Virus record (IMG/VR): IMGVR_UViG_3300045988_090449
DNA length: 37,757 nt
From: a virus
Direction: 5' to 3' (one strand)
Below, one piece after another: positions 7,904-17,427 of this stretch. The translations under genes and the position numbers were made by a program. The first letter of the stretch is position 1. Each line of letters begins with the position of its first letter. The notes below the pieces were generated by a model. That model was not told the origin of the DNA and did no database searches. It worked only from the letters and a program-made list of their open reading frames with translations.

Positions 7904-9836
7904 TTTAGGCAAGGCTTATGTTCAAATAATTCCTTCTGCAAGAGGCATATCAGGAATGATATCTAATGAGCTTGGAGGTGAAGCCATGAGTGCAGGTACT
8001 CAAAGTGGATCTAAGCTTGGTGGAGCATTAGTCGGCATGGCTAAAAGAGTAATTGGGGCAGCCGCTATTGGAAAGTTTATCAAAGACAGTATATTTCAAG
8101 GTGGTCAGCTTGAACAATCTCTTGGTGGTGTGGAAACACTGTTTAAGGATAGCTCCGATAAGGTAAAACAATATGCTGCAAAAGCTTTTGAAACGTCTGG
8201 TATATCTGCTAATGAATACATGCAAAATGTAACTAGTTTTAGTGCTAGTTTGCTTCAATCTTTAGGCGGTAATACTTCGAAAGCAGCAGATGTAGCCGAC
8301 ATGGCTATGCGCGATATGAGCGATAATGCAAATAAGTTCGGTTCAGATATGGAAAGCATTCAGAATGCATACCAGGGCTTTGCCAAGGATAATTACACGA
8401 TGTTGGATAACCTTAAACTTGGTTACGGAGGAACGAAGTCGGAGATGCAACGTCTACTTGCCGATGCAACTAAGCTTACCGGAGTGAAGTATGACATAAA
8501 CAACTTGTCTGATGTATACAATGCAATTCACGCTATACAAGGCAAACTAGATATTACTGGAACTACTGCAAAGGAAGCGAGTGAAACTTTAGAAGGCTCT
8601 TTTAATTCTATGAAAGCCGCCTTTAAGGATTTTCAAGGTGCGTTGACTACAGGTGGAGATATTAATGCTACATTAAGTAATTTGGTACAAACAACAGGTA
8701 CTTTCTTATTTAAAAACTTGGTTCCAATGGTAGGAAGACTTGTGGGAAATCTTGGGTTGGTAATTCTTCAAGGAATACCTAAACTGATTAATGCTCTTAA
8801 TCCTGCTATTGACCAAATATTTACATGGTTGAAATCGAATTTCCCAAGGATTTTACAGCAAGGTAGTGAACTTGTCGGTAATCTGATACTTGGCATAATT
8901 AACGCCCAACCTGAACTTTTAAGCGCAGCGGGTAATCTGTTGAACTCATTTGTTCAGTTTGTATTGAGTAATCTTCCGGCTATATGGGAAACAGGAAAGA
9001 GTTTGTTTTTCAAATTAGTTGACGGAATTATCAATGTACTTCCTCAAATTTGTGATACTGCATTAAAGATTATTACTGAATTTATTAATTACGTAACTAA
9101 TAATCTGCCACAAATACTACAATCAGGTATTAAGATTCTAACGGAATTAGTTAATGGGATTATACAAAGACTACCTATGATCGGTGCTACAGTGTTAAAG
9201 ATTGCAGCGTTATTTTTGGCTACTTTGTTGGAGAAATTACCAGATATATTGGCAATGGGTGTTAAACTCATTGTATTTTTGGTTAAGGGTATTTTCTCAA
9301 TGCTATCAGAAATTAATAATACAATGGGAAATATAACAAAGACCATTATTGATGCTGTAAAAAATGTGGATTTGTTTAGCGCTGGTAAGGCTATAATTGA
9401 TGGATTCTTAAAAGGGTTGAAATCCGCTTTCGAACATGTCAAATCATTTGTTGGTGGAATTGGTACATGGATTAAAGATCACAAGGGTCCATTGTCTTAT
9501 GATAAAAAACTTTTAATTCCTGCAGGTAATGCAATAATGGGTGGTTTGTATGAAGGATTAGATGATGGTTTTTCTAGTGTTCAATCATTGGTTAGCTCAA
9601 TGGCACCACAAATTCAATCCGGATTTAACCTGGATGATTATAGGGTTAATTCTACTGGATCTAATTACAACGATTTAACAGGATTAACAAATAATGATAA
9701 CAGCCAAAAACCTATTGAAATTACTGTTGTAAGTGAATTAGATGGCAGAGAAATCTCGAGAGGAACTTATCGCTATGATAAAGAGTTCATTGAAAGAGAA
9801 ACTAAGATTAATAATAGAAGAAGAGGGGTGTATTAA
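7893..9836 (+). CDS. Tail tape measure protein
   Basis: ATG at 7893 after AGGTGAG (the track start at 7884 is GTG). MATDLGKAYVQIIPS start, long helical/hydrophobic repeats, and position after the G/GT pair. Confidence 0.85.
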   Translation: MATDLGKAYVQIIPSARGISGMISNELGGEAMSAGTQSGSKLGGALVGMAKRVIGAAAIGKFIKDSIFQGGQLEQSLGGVETLFKDSSDKVKQYAAKAFETSGISANEYMQNVTSFSASLLQSLGGNTSKAADVADMAMRDMSDNANKFGSDMESIQNAYQGFAKDNYTMLDNLKLGYGGTKSEMQRLLADATKLTGVKYDINNLSDVYNAIHAIQGKLDITGTTAKEASETLEGSFNSMKAAFKDFQGALTTGGDINATLSNLVQTTGTFLFKNLVPMVGRLVGNLGLVILQGIPKLINALNPAIDQIFTWLKSNFPRILQQGSELVGNLILGIINAQPELLSAAGNLLNSFVQFVLSNLPAIWETGKSLFFKLVDGIINVLPQICDTALKIITEFINYVTNNLPQILQSGIKILTELVNGIIQRLPMIGATVLKIAALFLATLLEKLPDILAMGVKLIVFLVKGIFSMLSEINNTMGNITKTIIDAVKNVDLFSAGKAIIDGFLKGLKSAFEHVKSFVGGIGTWIKDHKGPLSYDKKLLIPAGNAIMGGLYEGLDDGFSSVQSLVSSMAPQIQSGFNLDDYRVNSTGSNYNDLTGLTNNDNSQKPIEITVVSELDGREISRGTYRYDKEFIERETKINNRRRGVY

Positions 9837-11572
9837 TGTTTTTTTATAATGGTACTGATTTTAGGGATTTGATTATTGTAGAAAATATAGAGCGCCCCGT
9901 TCTATCTTCTACTGAGAACAAATTGAATCCTTATATTGTGTTCAATGGATCAGATTTTATTAGCAGCAGAAGACAAGAAGCGAAATTCAAGATTACTTTT
10001 AGTTATGTTCAAGAAAACTTGAATACAATTAGAAGAGTTCTTGCTCAATTTTTAGGAACTGAAGAATTATCGGAATTATACTTTTATGATGATCCAGATA
10101 TTATTTACTACGCAAAGGTTGATGGAGAAATAAAATCTTCTGAATACAAGGCTAATAATTACACTAAAGGATATGGGAAAGGCGAACTAACTTTTATCAT
10201 TCCATCTGCTTGTGGATATAAGAGAGAGCCTGTGGAGCTGTCACAAGCCAATGCTAAGAGTATTATGTGTGAAAACAAGGGTACGGATAAGACGTATCCT
10301 ATTTTTGATTTCACATGTCATGGCAAGGTTACAATGATTGGTGTGACTAGTAAATACGGCAGTTTCCAATTTGGGGATAGTAAGGAGTTTGCACCAATTA
10401 AGCAGATGAAGATCCACAAAGAGCAAACTAGTAGTTTGTTCAAGAGTGGCAAGGGGACTTTAACTATTATTGATAGGGTTATGAAAACTAGCGACGGTTG
10501 GGATATTGTGGATGCATCTAAACTTGTAGCTGATAGTGATTTTGATGGGAAGGTGTCTAATACTACTACATCAAGTCCAAAGACTTCTAATGGGACTGTT
10601 ACTGTGTCAAAGAACGCAAGGTATTGGGACAATGGAGTGAGGATTGCTAATTGGGTAAAAGGTAAGTCTTTTAAATTTGATAAGACAAAGGCTGTGAATA
10701 AGTCAAAATCAAAGAAGGCATACAGACTTAAAGACAAAGAGGGATATCTTGGTTGGTTGCTTGAAGAAGATATTCAAGGTCAAAGCCAAAGTACTGTGAC
10801 TGGTGTCTATCCTTTTTGGAATAGCTCAAGTTTAAAGACGTTCTCAACACTACCTTTGCATCGCAAGGTGACTAACAATGCGACTGATTGGGAAATGACT
10901 TTCAAATTCAATTACAAAGCAAGTCCTGGACAATTTGGTTTTATGACATTTGGCATAACTGATAAGAATCAAAACATGATTGGTGGTATGAGAATTGAAA
11001 CTATAAACGGTGATGGAAGAATGGCAATGGTGTGCTTGTGTGGTAGTGATGGTAAACTTCACACTGGATACAACAAAGCTGACTGGACAGGTGCTGTAAC
11101 TATTACTAAAAGAGGTGCTATGGTTACATACTACATGTATAATCAGTTGAATGGTAAAAGCTACACTTATAGGCTAATGAATGCTGAGATTGATGATGTA
11201 GTGGCTAGTGATGTTTATGTGTTATGCACTAAGAAGAACAACTACGACTTTATTCAAGCTTGTAATCCAATGCACATGACTATTACTGGTTATGATGCAG
11301 ATATTTATGTTGAGAATAAAAGCAAGGAAGAGTTTTCTATGATTAATGTAGCCATTCCTAGGTTTAACTTCAACGATGGCGACACTGTGAGAATCGATAT
11401 GAATACTGGATTTTGTTATCACAATGGGCACAGATGTTTGATGCCAATTGCGTTTGGCTCGAGACCTACACCGATTTATCCAGGGACAGAGGAGATAGTG
11501 ATAACTACTGAGGGAGAGTTTGGTTCATTCGTTGATTGTGATGTAAGTTACAGAGAGGTGTTTAAATGTTAA
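9836..11572 (+). CDS. Distal tail protein (Dit), enlarged 'evolved' form with internal insertion
   Basis: Position after the tape measure gene with an ATGT overlap. N-terminal Dit-like region. 578 aa against ~250-300 for a minimal Dit. Has an internal basic SH3b/GW-like segment (aa ~255-315, nt ~10598..10780). Confidence 0.65.
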   Translation: MFFYNGTDFRDLIIVENIERPVLSSTENKLNPYIVFNGSDFISSRRQEAKFKITFSYVQENLNTIRRVLAQFLGTEELSELYFYDDPDIIYYAKVDGEIKSSEYKANNYTKGYGKGELTFIIPSACGYKREPVELSQANAKSIMCENKGTDKTYPIFDFTCHGKVTMIGVTSKYGSFQFGDSKEFAPIKQMKIHKEQTSSLFKSGKGTLTIIDRVMKTSDGWDIVDASKLVADSDFDGKVSNTTTSSPKTSNGTVTVSKNARYWDNGVRIANWVKGKSFKFDKTKAVNKSKSKKAYRLKDKEGYLGWLLEEDIQGQSQSTVTGVYPFWNSSSLKTFSTLPLHRKVTNNATDWEMTFKFNYKASPGQFGFMTFGITDKNQNMIGGMRIETINGDGRMAMVCLCGSDGKLHTGYNKADWTGAVTITKRGAMVTYYMYNQLNGKSYTYRLMNAEIDDVVASDVYVLCTKKNNYDFIQACNPMHMTITGYDADIYVENKSKEEFSMINVAIPRFNFNDGDTVRIDMNTGFCYHNGHRCLMPIAFGSRPTPIYPGTEEIVITTEGEFGSFVDCDVSYREVFKC

Positions 11573-14500
11573 TAGTAACAGATAGAAATCTACAAACACT
11601 GACAATAGTTAGTAATGATTATCCTGATGGCGTACATTTTCAAGATGATAAGTTCAACGAAGACCTGGAAACTGGAACTTGTATGCTTACTTGCAGTATT
11701 GACAAGGTTGTTGAAAAGGATGTTGAACTTATAGAAGCTGGCTGTCTGGTTGTAGCTACTGGATATAAGAAAAAGCCTGTTTTACTTGAGATTACAGAAG
11801 TTGTTGAGAATAGATACTCAAAAGAAATAGTCGCAGAAGATTGCGGACTTGATTTGCTTAATGAAGATATCGCGGAGCAAGATTTCAAAGGAACACTTGC
11901 AGAATGGGTCAACAATACTCTTGGTGAAAAATCAGACTGGGTTGTTGGAATTAATGAGGCCAAGGATAAAAACTTAGCTTTTAAATTTGATGGAACAACG
12001 ACTAAGACTAAGAGACTTGCTATGATTGCAGGTCGTTTCGGTTGTGAGATTAGCTATGATGTTAAATTAAATGGTAATGCAATAGATAAAAAGGTCATTA
12101 ACTTTTATAAGAAACGTGGCAAAGAGACTGGGTATAGGCTTGAGTTCGGGCGTGATTTAAGTGATGTTAAGCGTACTGTATCAATTGCGGACTTGTGTAC
12201 TGCTGTAAGAGCTGTAGGTAAACCTCACAAGGAGCAAATCAGAGAAGTAAAGCAAGTTGAAATCGAAGAAGATAAAAAGAAACCTGCACCAAATAGCAAG
12301 ATTGAGTTATTCGTAAAATGGATGAAATCGCGTGAAGGTAAGGTCAGATATTCACAAGCTAGACGTGAAGGTCCTAACTATTATGACTGCTCAAGTTCTG
12401 TGAGTAGCGCGGCAAAATTTGCAGGACTGTTTCCAAAATCTGTGGGACTTCCAACAACTGGGACATTATGGGCTTGGGGAAATGCTGGAACGTATTTTCA
12501 TCAAATCAATCAATCAGAAATTCAGTACGGAGACATATTCGTATCAAGACACAATAACAAGGGTCATACTGGTGTAATATTAGATAAAAACACGATAATA
12601 CACTGCACATTGTATGGATCAATCAATGGGATTGTAACGACTAAGCTAAAAGGCTGGACTGGTCCAAATGTTAGGTTCTACAGATGGAATGAAAACAAAG
12701 GTGGAACTATAGTTGATGCTACTAAAAAGACATACTGGACTAATTCTGATGTTACAAAACACGATTTGGGTAAGAGATTGCAAGGAATAACTGCGACTCA
12801 AATAAATAACTGGATAAGAGCAAAAGCACCTAACAGTCCTTTTAATGGACAAGGTCAAGTATTCATAGAAGCACAAAGTCAATCTGGATTAGATGCAAGA
12901 TATATATTAGCTCATGCAGCACTAGAAAGTGCGTGGGGCAGCAGTAGGATTGCAAGAACATATCATAACTACTTCGGCATTAATGCTTATGATAGTAATC
13001 CTGATAATGCTAAGAAAAGCAGTAACAGGAGTTTACAAGCAGGTATTATCAATGGTGCTGTGTGGATAAAAGAACACTACTATAACCGCGGACAAAAGAC
13101 GTTGTATGCTATGAATCATGATAAAAATGGACATAACTATGCTAGTGATAAGGCATGGGGAGATAAGATTGCTAATATCATGAAAGGTTCTGAACGATTC
13201 ACAAATCCTGGCGCTACTGCTTCTAGTACAGAGCAAGTATTGTACAAAGAACATGAAGTTAACACGGATTTGGTTGGATACAAGTATGATGATGGAAGAT
13301 TCTATGTTACTGATGATGGTCTGATTTGCGATAGAGAAGCAGCTAAGAAGTGGACTAGATTCAATAAAACAGGTCAAAAATATTTCATAAGAATGTATGA
13401 TAGTGAGGCTACTAGTCAAAAGACGTTGTTTGATGAGGGATTGAGGTTCTTAAAAAACAACAATGAGGCCAAGATTAGCTATGAGGTATCACTGAGACAA
13501 CTTCCAGGTGAGCTTGAAATTGGGGACTACATCAGAATTATAGACCACGGATTTAAGCCGGCGTTGTACTTATCCGCTAGACTTGTGGATATTACAAGGA
13601 GCTTGTGTGATGAGCTTAGCAACTCTGCTATATTTGCAAACTTCGAAGAAGAAAAGGCAGGTATTTCTGAAAGACTTCTAAGTCTTGAAAAATCTGTGTA
13701 TAGTAGTAGGTTTAATTGGCAAAATGTACCGTTTGAGATGACTTTGAGTTCAAGCCAAGGTAATGTGTTCAAAGATGGTGTGCTGTCAACGGAAATCACC
13801 GCTATTGTAACTAAAGCAGGTGTGGATCAAACTGCTACGATTGATAAGTTTGTATGGGAAAGAGTGTCAGAATACCAGGACAAGATTACTACGAGTGATG
13901 ATGATTGGAACAAATCAAAAGAGGGCTCAACGGGTAATATTCTTGGGATAAATAATTCTGATGTGGATTTACAAGCGACTTTTACATGTTCTGCGATGTT
14001 GAATGATGTTGCTGTGGCTACAAGTTTTATAACTATCAAGGATTTAACGATAGGGATATATAAGCAAGAAAAAGAGCCTGATAGACAACTTTTAAGTTGG
14101 GGCGATGTGTGGCAGTGGGACGATGGCAAAGGTACTCACTTCAAGAGATTATGGAAAGGCGATAGATGGGAAGATACTATCACTAAAAGGGACTTGGAGA
14201 TATTGGAGTTTGCTCCAGGTCCTCCAGGAAAAGATGGTGAAAATGGTATGCCTGGTAAAGACGGCAAAGACGGAAGAACTTCGTACGTACACTTCGCTTA
14301 TGCTGATAGTGCAGACGGGACTGTTGGCTTCACAAGAACTGCTACAACGAACAAAAAGTATATAGGTTTTTATACGGATTTTGAAAAAGCTGACTCCACA
14401 GATCCAAAAAAGTACGAATGGTCAAAGTATGTTGGAGATGACGGAAAACCAGGAAAAGATGGTGAAAATGGAATACCAGGGAAAGCAGGAGCGGACGGAA

Positions 14501-15213
14501 AGACCCCATATTTCCACACAGCTTGGAGCAACAGTGCTGACGGTAGTAAGGATTTTAGTACAAGTCAAGCAGGAGAAAAGGCATATATTGGAACTTATAC
14601 GGACTATGTGAAAGAAGATTCAACAGATCCAACGAAGTATACTTGGATGTTTGTAAAAGGAGAGAAAGGTGATCCTGCTGATACATCCGGGATAAAAAAA
14701 GATATCAATGCGATTAAATCTGAGCTTGAAAATAAAGCCGATTCACAAACTGTAACTGACATCGAGTCGAGGCAACAAGCCGTTGAGGTTTTGATTAGTC
14801 AGAAAGCAGACAAGGACAGTATAACTAAGAGCTTTGTTGAGATAGAAAAGACTAAGGCATACGCAGATACTCTGAAAAAAGCGTTGGAGAATGAGAGTTT
14901 ATCACTTCAAGATAGGATTAAGATTATCGAGGAGAATGTCGGGGCTGGTAAGTTTACAATCGAAGCTATAACGACGTATTTTGATTTCGGTGAGGAAGGT
15001 ATTCTCATCGGTAAAAAAGACGAAGCGGTGAAGATGATTCTTAAAAACAATGCTCTTGAAATTATAGACGGAACTAAGACTGTAGCAAGATTTGCTAATT
15101 CACAAGTTCAAGTTCCTAACCTAAAAGTAGACGGGGTATTGGAGTTCGGATATCACATGGTAACAAAGTACGATAATGGTACTAACAAATACACGATTAT
15201 TAAACCAATATAG
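11566..15213 (+). CDS. Tail-associated lysin (Tal / prophage tail endopeptidase) with NlpC/P60 and glucosaminidase domains and collagen-like repeats
   Basis: Position after Dit.
- NlpC/P60-type Cys/His motifs: YDCSSSV, GHTGVIL, IIHC (nt ~12298..12690).
- Glucosaminidase motif: GLDARYILAHAALESAWGSS...YHNYFGINAYD (nt ~12778..13200).
- G-X-Y runs at aa 884-903 and 958-979. Confidence 0.8.
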   Translation: MLIVTDRNLQTLTIVSNDYPDGVHFQDDKFNEDLETGTCMLTCSIDKVVEKDVELIEAGCLVVATGYKKKPVLLEITEVVENRYSKEIVAEDCGLDLLNEDIAEQDFKGTLAEWVNNTLGEKSDWVVGINEAKDKNLAFKFDGTTTKTKRLAMIAGRFGCEISYDVKLNGNAIDKKVINFYKKRGKETGYRLEFGRDLSDVKRTVSIADLCTAVRAVGKPHKEQIREVKQVEIEEDKKKPAPNSKIELFVKWMKSREGKVRYSQARREGPNYYDCSSSVSSAAKFAGLFPKSVGLPTTGTLWAWGNAGTYFHQINQSEIQYGDIFVSRHNNKGHTGVILDKNTIIHCTLYGSINGIVTTKLKGWTGPNVRFYRWNENKGGTIVDATKKTYWTNSDVTKHDLGKRLQGITATQINNWIRAKAPNSPFNGQGQVFIEAQSQSGLDARYILAHAALESAWGSSRIARTYHNYFGINAYDSNPDNAKKSSNRSLQAGIINGAVWIKEHYYNRGQKTLYAMNHDKNGHNYASDKAWGDKIANIMKGSERFTNPGATASSTEQVLYKEHEVNTDLVGYKYDDGRFYVTDDGLICDREAAKKWTRFNKTGQKYFIRMYDSEATSQKTLFDEGLRFLKNNNEAKISYEVSLRQLPGELEIGDYIRIIDHGFKPALYLSARLVDITRSLCDELSNSAIFANFEEEKAGISERLLSLEKSVYSSRFNWQNVPFEMTLSSSQGNVFKDGVLSTEITAIVTKAGVDQTATIDKFVWERVSEYQDKITTSDDDWNKSKEGSTGNILGINNSDVDLQATFTCSAMLNDVAVATSFITIKDLTIGIYKQEKEPDRQLLSWGDVWQWDDGKGTHFKRLWKGDRWEDTITKRDLEILEFAPGPPGKDGENGMPGKDGKDGRTSYVHFAYADSADGTVGFTRTATTNKKYIGFYTDFEKADSTDPKKYEWSKYVGDDGKPGKDGENGIPGKAGADGKTPYFHTAWSNSADGSKDFSTSQAGEKAYIGTYTDYVKEDSTDPTKYTWMFVKGEKGDPADTSGIKKDINAIKSELENKADSQTVTDIESRQQAVEVLISQKADKDSITKSFVEIEKTKAYADTLKKALENESLSLQDRIKIIEENVGAGKFTIEAITTYFDFGEEGILIGKKDEAVKMILKNNALEIIDGTKTVARFANSQVQVPNLKVDGVLEFGYHMVTKYDNGTNKYTIIKPI
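14215..14673 (+). repeat. Tandem ~75-aa module duplication inside Tal (collagen-like G-X-Y run plus conserved beta-rich domain)
   Basis: GPPGKDGENGMPGKDGKDGRTSYVHFAYADSADG...KYIGFYTD..DSTDPKKYEW aligns with GKPGKDGENGIPGKAGADGKTPYFHTAWSNSADG...AYIGTYTD..DSTDPTKYTW. A 23-nt identical DNA stretch, ccaggaaaagatggtgaaaatgg, occurs twice. Confidence 0.85.
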
Positions 15214-15222
15214 GAGGAATAA

Positions 15223-17043
15223 ATGGCAACATATACTGGTACAGCACCATCAAGCTTGTATGCGTATTTTAAGCTGGATATGATTGTTACTAGTCAATCA
15301 GAAGCTGATAACACGTCAAGAATTAAATACAGGTTGTATCTTGAAAGTAGAGGTGGCGGAAGTGGGTATTCTCAAACAAAGAGGCCCACTTCTTTAATTT
15401 GTAATAATCAAACGATAGAAAATACTACGACAACGTATAGTTTTGATAAGGGTGGAAGTTCTACATTGTGCAGTGGTGCTTTTACAATTACGCATAATTC
15501 AGATGGTACAATGTCATTTCCTATTGAAGCGAGTGCAGGAACGCACAGAGGAACTTGTTCTTTAAGTGCTACTATGACTTTGCCGACGATTGCAAGAAAA
15601 AAGCCTATGAGTATGAGTATTGTCAATTCTGTGGCGGATACTGTGTATTCTGCTAACATCGGAGATACTGTGACTATTAATCTTACAAATACTGAAAACA
15701 GAAGTGGAAGTATTAGATGGGAAACTGACAACTATAGTGGTTATGTTGGTAGTCTTGCAAGTAGCACAAATTTCACATTCAGTTCGAGTACATTCTCTGA
15801 TGTATTCGGTAGTGATTCTAGTGGATATGTGACTTTTACTGCTAGTGCTGATGATGGGACGACTGCTTCAAGGACGATTACTCTTAGAATTTTTGAGATA
15901 AAAAACCCAAGCATTTCATATGTGCTAGTTAGTGAAAACAATTCACAGGTTAAGAATGTATTCGGTAGCGATTACTTCTACACCAACATCAGTGATATTA
16001 GCGCTTATGTATCTGCAGAAGCTTATAATGGTGCAAGTATTGAAAAGTACCTGGCGACATTAGATGGATATACAACCTACTCTGATAGCTCAACTATCGA
16101 TATCGGTAGTGTAACAAGAGCCGGAGAAAGAAACATCACTTTTGAAGTTGTGGATAGTAGAAATCAAAGAAAATCTTATGGCCAGAATATAAGAGTTAAA
16201 GAATACAATCCACCAACGGCTGAATGCAGTGTTACAAGACAAGGAGAAGGATTGAATGCTTCTGTTAAGGTACAACACACTGTGTCTGGTAGTACTGATA
16301 ATAATACTTGTAATGTAACTGTTGATGTGAGGGAGCTACCAAGTGGAAGTTTTTCAACAAAGTACAGTGCAAACATAAATATTGCATCTACTACTCAATC
16401 AGTGAATTTGGGAAGTGGTTATAAGGAGTTTGCATCGTATGAGGTTAGGGTTACTGCAACGGATAAGTTCAGAAGTTATACTGCTTTGGTTACTGTTCCA
16501 ACTCAAGCTGTTGGGATTTCGATTAATCCTAAGAGTAATTGCGTTGGGATTGGCAAGTTTCCTGATAAACTTGTTGGAAATGACAATTTGGAAGTAAAGG
16601 GAGATATTTTCGCAGGAGGTATTGAGGCTGATTATACTCTTAAAGCTTGGAAAGCTGATATCGACCATCTTAATATTAAAGATGATTTAAAAATAAAAGA
16701 TAAAGTGGTAAACTTAGAGCCTTTTGCAGAATTTAATTCATCAGAAAGGTTGGATACTGATAATACTAGAGATCTATTTGGTACGGCTGATTTGGGGCCT
16801 GTTTATTACACAGGTACTATTGGGGGCTTTTCCTACAGTGATGTAATGAAGGTAAATTTCCCATATTACGTTAATTCGGTTAACTACTTGAACACGTGTG
16901 TGGTTGGCACTAGTGATACAGGCATATTTCCTATTATTATCAGTTATGATTCGTCGGGGTTTAGGTTAAGAGTGCTGAATATTGTAAACAGTAATACTAC
17001 TAACAGATTAGAGATTTCATATCATGTGAGAGGAGCAAGGTAA
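15223..17043 (+). CDS. Tail fibre / receptor-binding-type structural protein (DUF859-like N-terminus)
   Basis: 606 aa, Ser/Thr/Asn-rich, predicted beta-rich. Position is between Tal and the BppU-like fibre. The N-terminal pattern (IKYRLYLESRGGGSGY...ITHNSDGT) recalls the siphovirus DUF859 family. Confidence 0.5.
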   Translation: MATYTGTAPSSLYAYFKLDMIVTSQSEADNTSRIKYRLYLESRGGGSGYSQTKRPTSLICNNQTIENTTTTYSFDKGGSSTLCSGAFTITHNSDGTMSFPIEASAGTHRGTCSLSATMTLPTIARKKPMSMSIVNSVADTVYSANIGDTVTINLTNTENRSGSIRWETDNYSGYVGSLASSTNFTFSSSTFSDVFGSDSSGYVTFTASADDGTTASRTITLRIFEIKNPSISYVLVSENNSQVKNVFGSDYFYTNISDISAYVSAEAYNGASIEKYLATLDGYTTYSDSSTIDIGSVTRAGERNITFEVVDSRNQRKSYGQNIRVKEYNPPTAECSVTRQGEGLNASVKVQHTVSGSTDNNTCNVTVDVRELPSGSFSTKYSANINIASTTQSVNLGSGYKEFASYEVRVTATDKFRSYTALVTVPTQAVGISINPKSNCVGIGKFPDKLVGNDNLEVKGDIFAGGIEADYTLKAWKADIDHLNIKDDLKIKDKVVNLEPFAEFNSSERLDTDNTRDLFGTADLGPVYYTGTIGGFSYSDVMKVNFPYYVNSVNYLNTCVVGTSDTGIFPIIISYDSSGFRLRVLNIVNSNTTNRLEISYHVRGAR

Positions 17044-17291
17044 TGATAAATATTTTTATAAATGACGATAAAATAAGGTTTGAATATTCTAAGAAAGAGG
17101 GGCTTATTCAAGGTGAATTAAAAAACGCTGATGAAAAGCTGTCTGATATCATAGCGAATATTAAGAGTATGAAAACAAATGATGAGTTAGAAGAAAATCG
17201 TAGGTTAGAAATCGAAAATCAAGCACTATTAGCACAAGCTGAATTGTTTGAGAGGATTATAAAACTAGAAGAAAGAAAGGAGGCGAAATAA
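17043..17291 (+). CDS. Small coiled-coil structural-module protein
   Basis: ATGA overlap with the upstream gene. Charged helical C-terminus. Function unknown. Confidence 0.4.
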   Translation: MINIFINDDKIRFEYSKKEGLIQGELKNADEKLSDIIANIKSMKTNDELEENRRLEIENQALLAQAELFERIIKLEERKEAK

Positions 17292-17292
17292 T

Positions 17293-17427
17293 ATGGCAGT
17301 AGTATATGCGACATTAATAATAAGAGGATTGAGAACATATAAGAGTGTTCCAGAGTGTATTATAAAGGAAGTTAAAGAAGTTTTAATTGCTATGGGATTA
17401 GAGAAATTAGCAACTGAGGAGGAGTAG
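17293..17427 (+). CDS. Small conserved tail-module protein (44 aa, XkdX-like size and position)
   Basis: This ORF is not in the track (under 60 aa). ATG at 17293 and stop TAG at 17425-7 abutting the next ATG. Sequence: MAVVYATLIIRGLRTYKSVPECIIKEVKEVLIAMGLEKLATEEE. Confidence 0.5.
   Translation: MAVVYATLIIRGLRTYKSVPECIIKEVKEVLIAMGLEKLATEEE

Noticed and set aside
14105-14611. Plus-strand alternative-frame ORFs 14105..14365 and 14381..14611 inside Tal
   Set aside because: These are out-of-frame readings of the duplicated collagen-like module. Their repeated KMVKM strings mirror the G-X-Y DNA repeat. They have no independent start signals, and they are embedded in a well-supported 1215-aa ORF.
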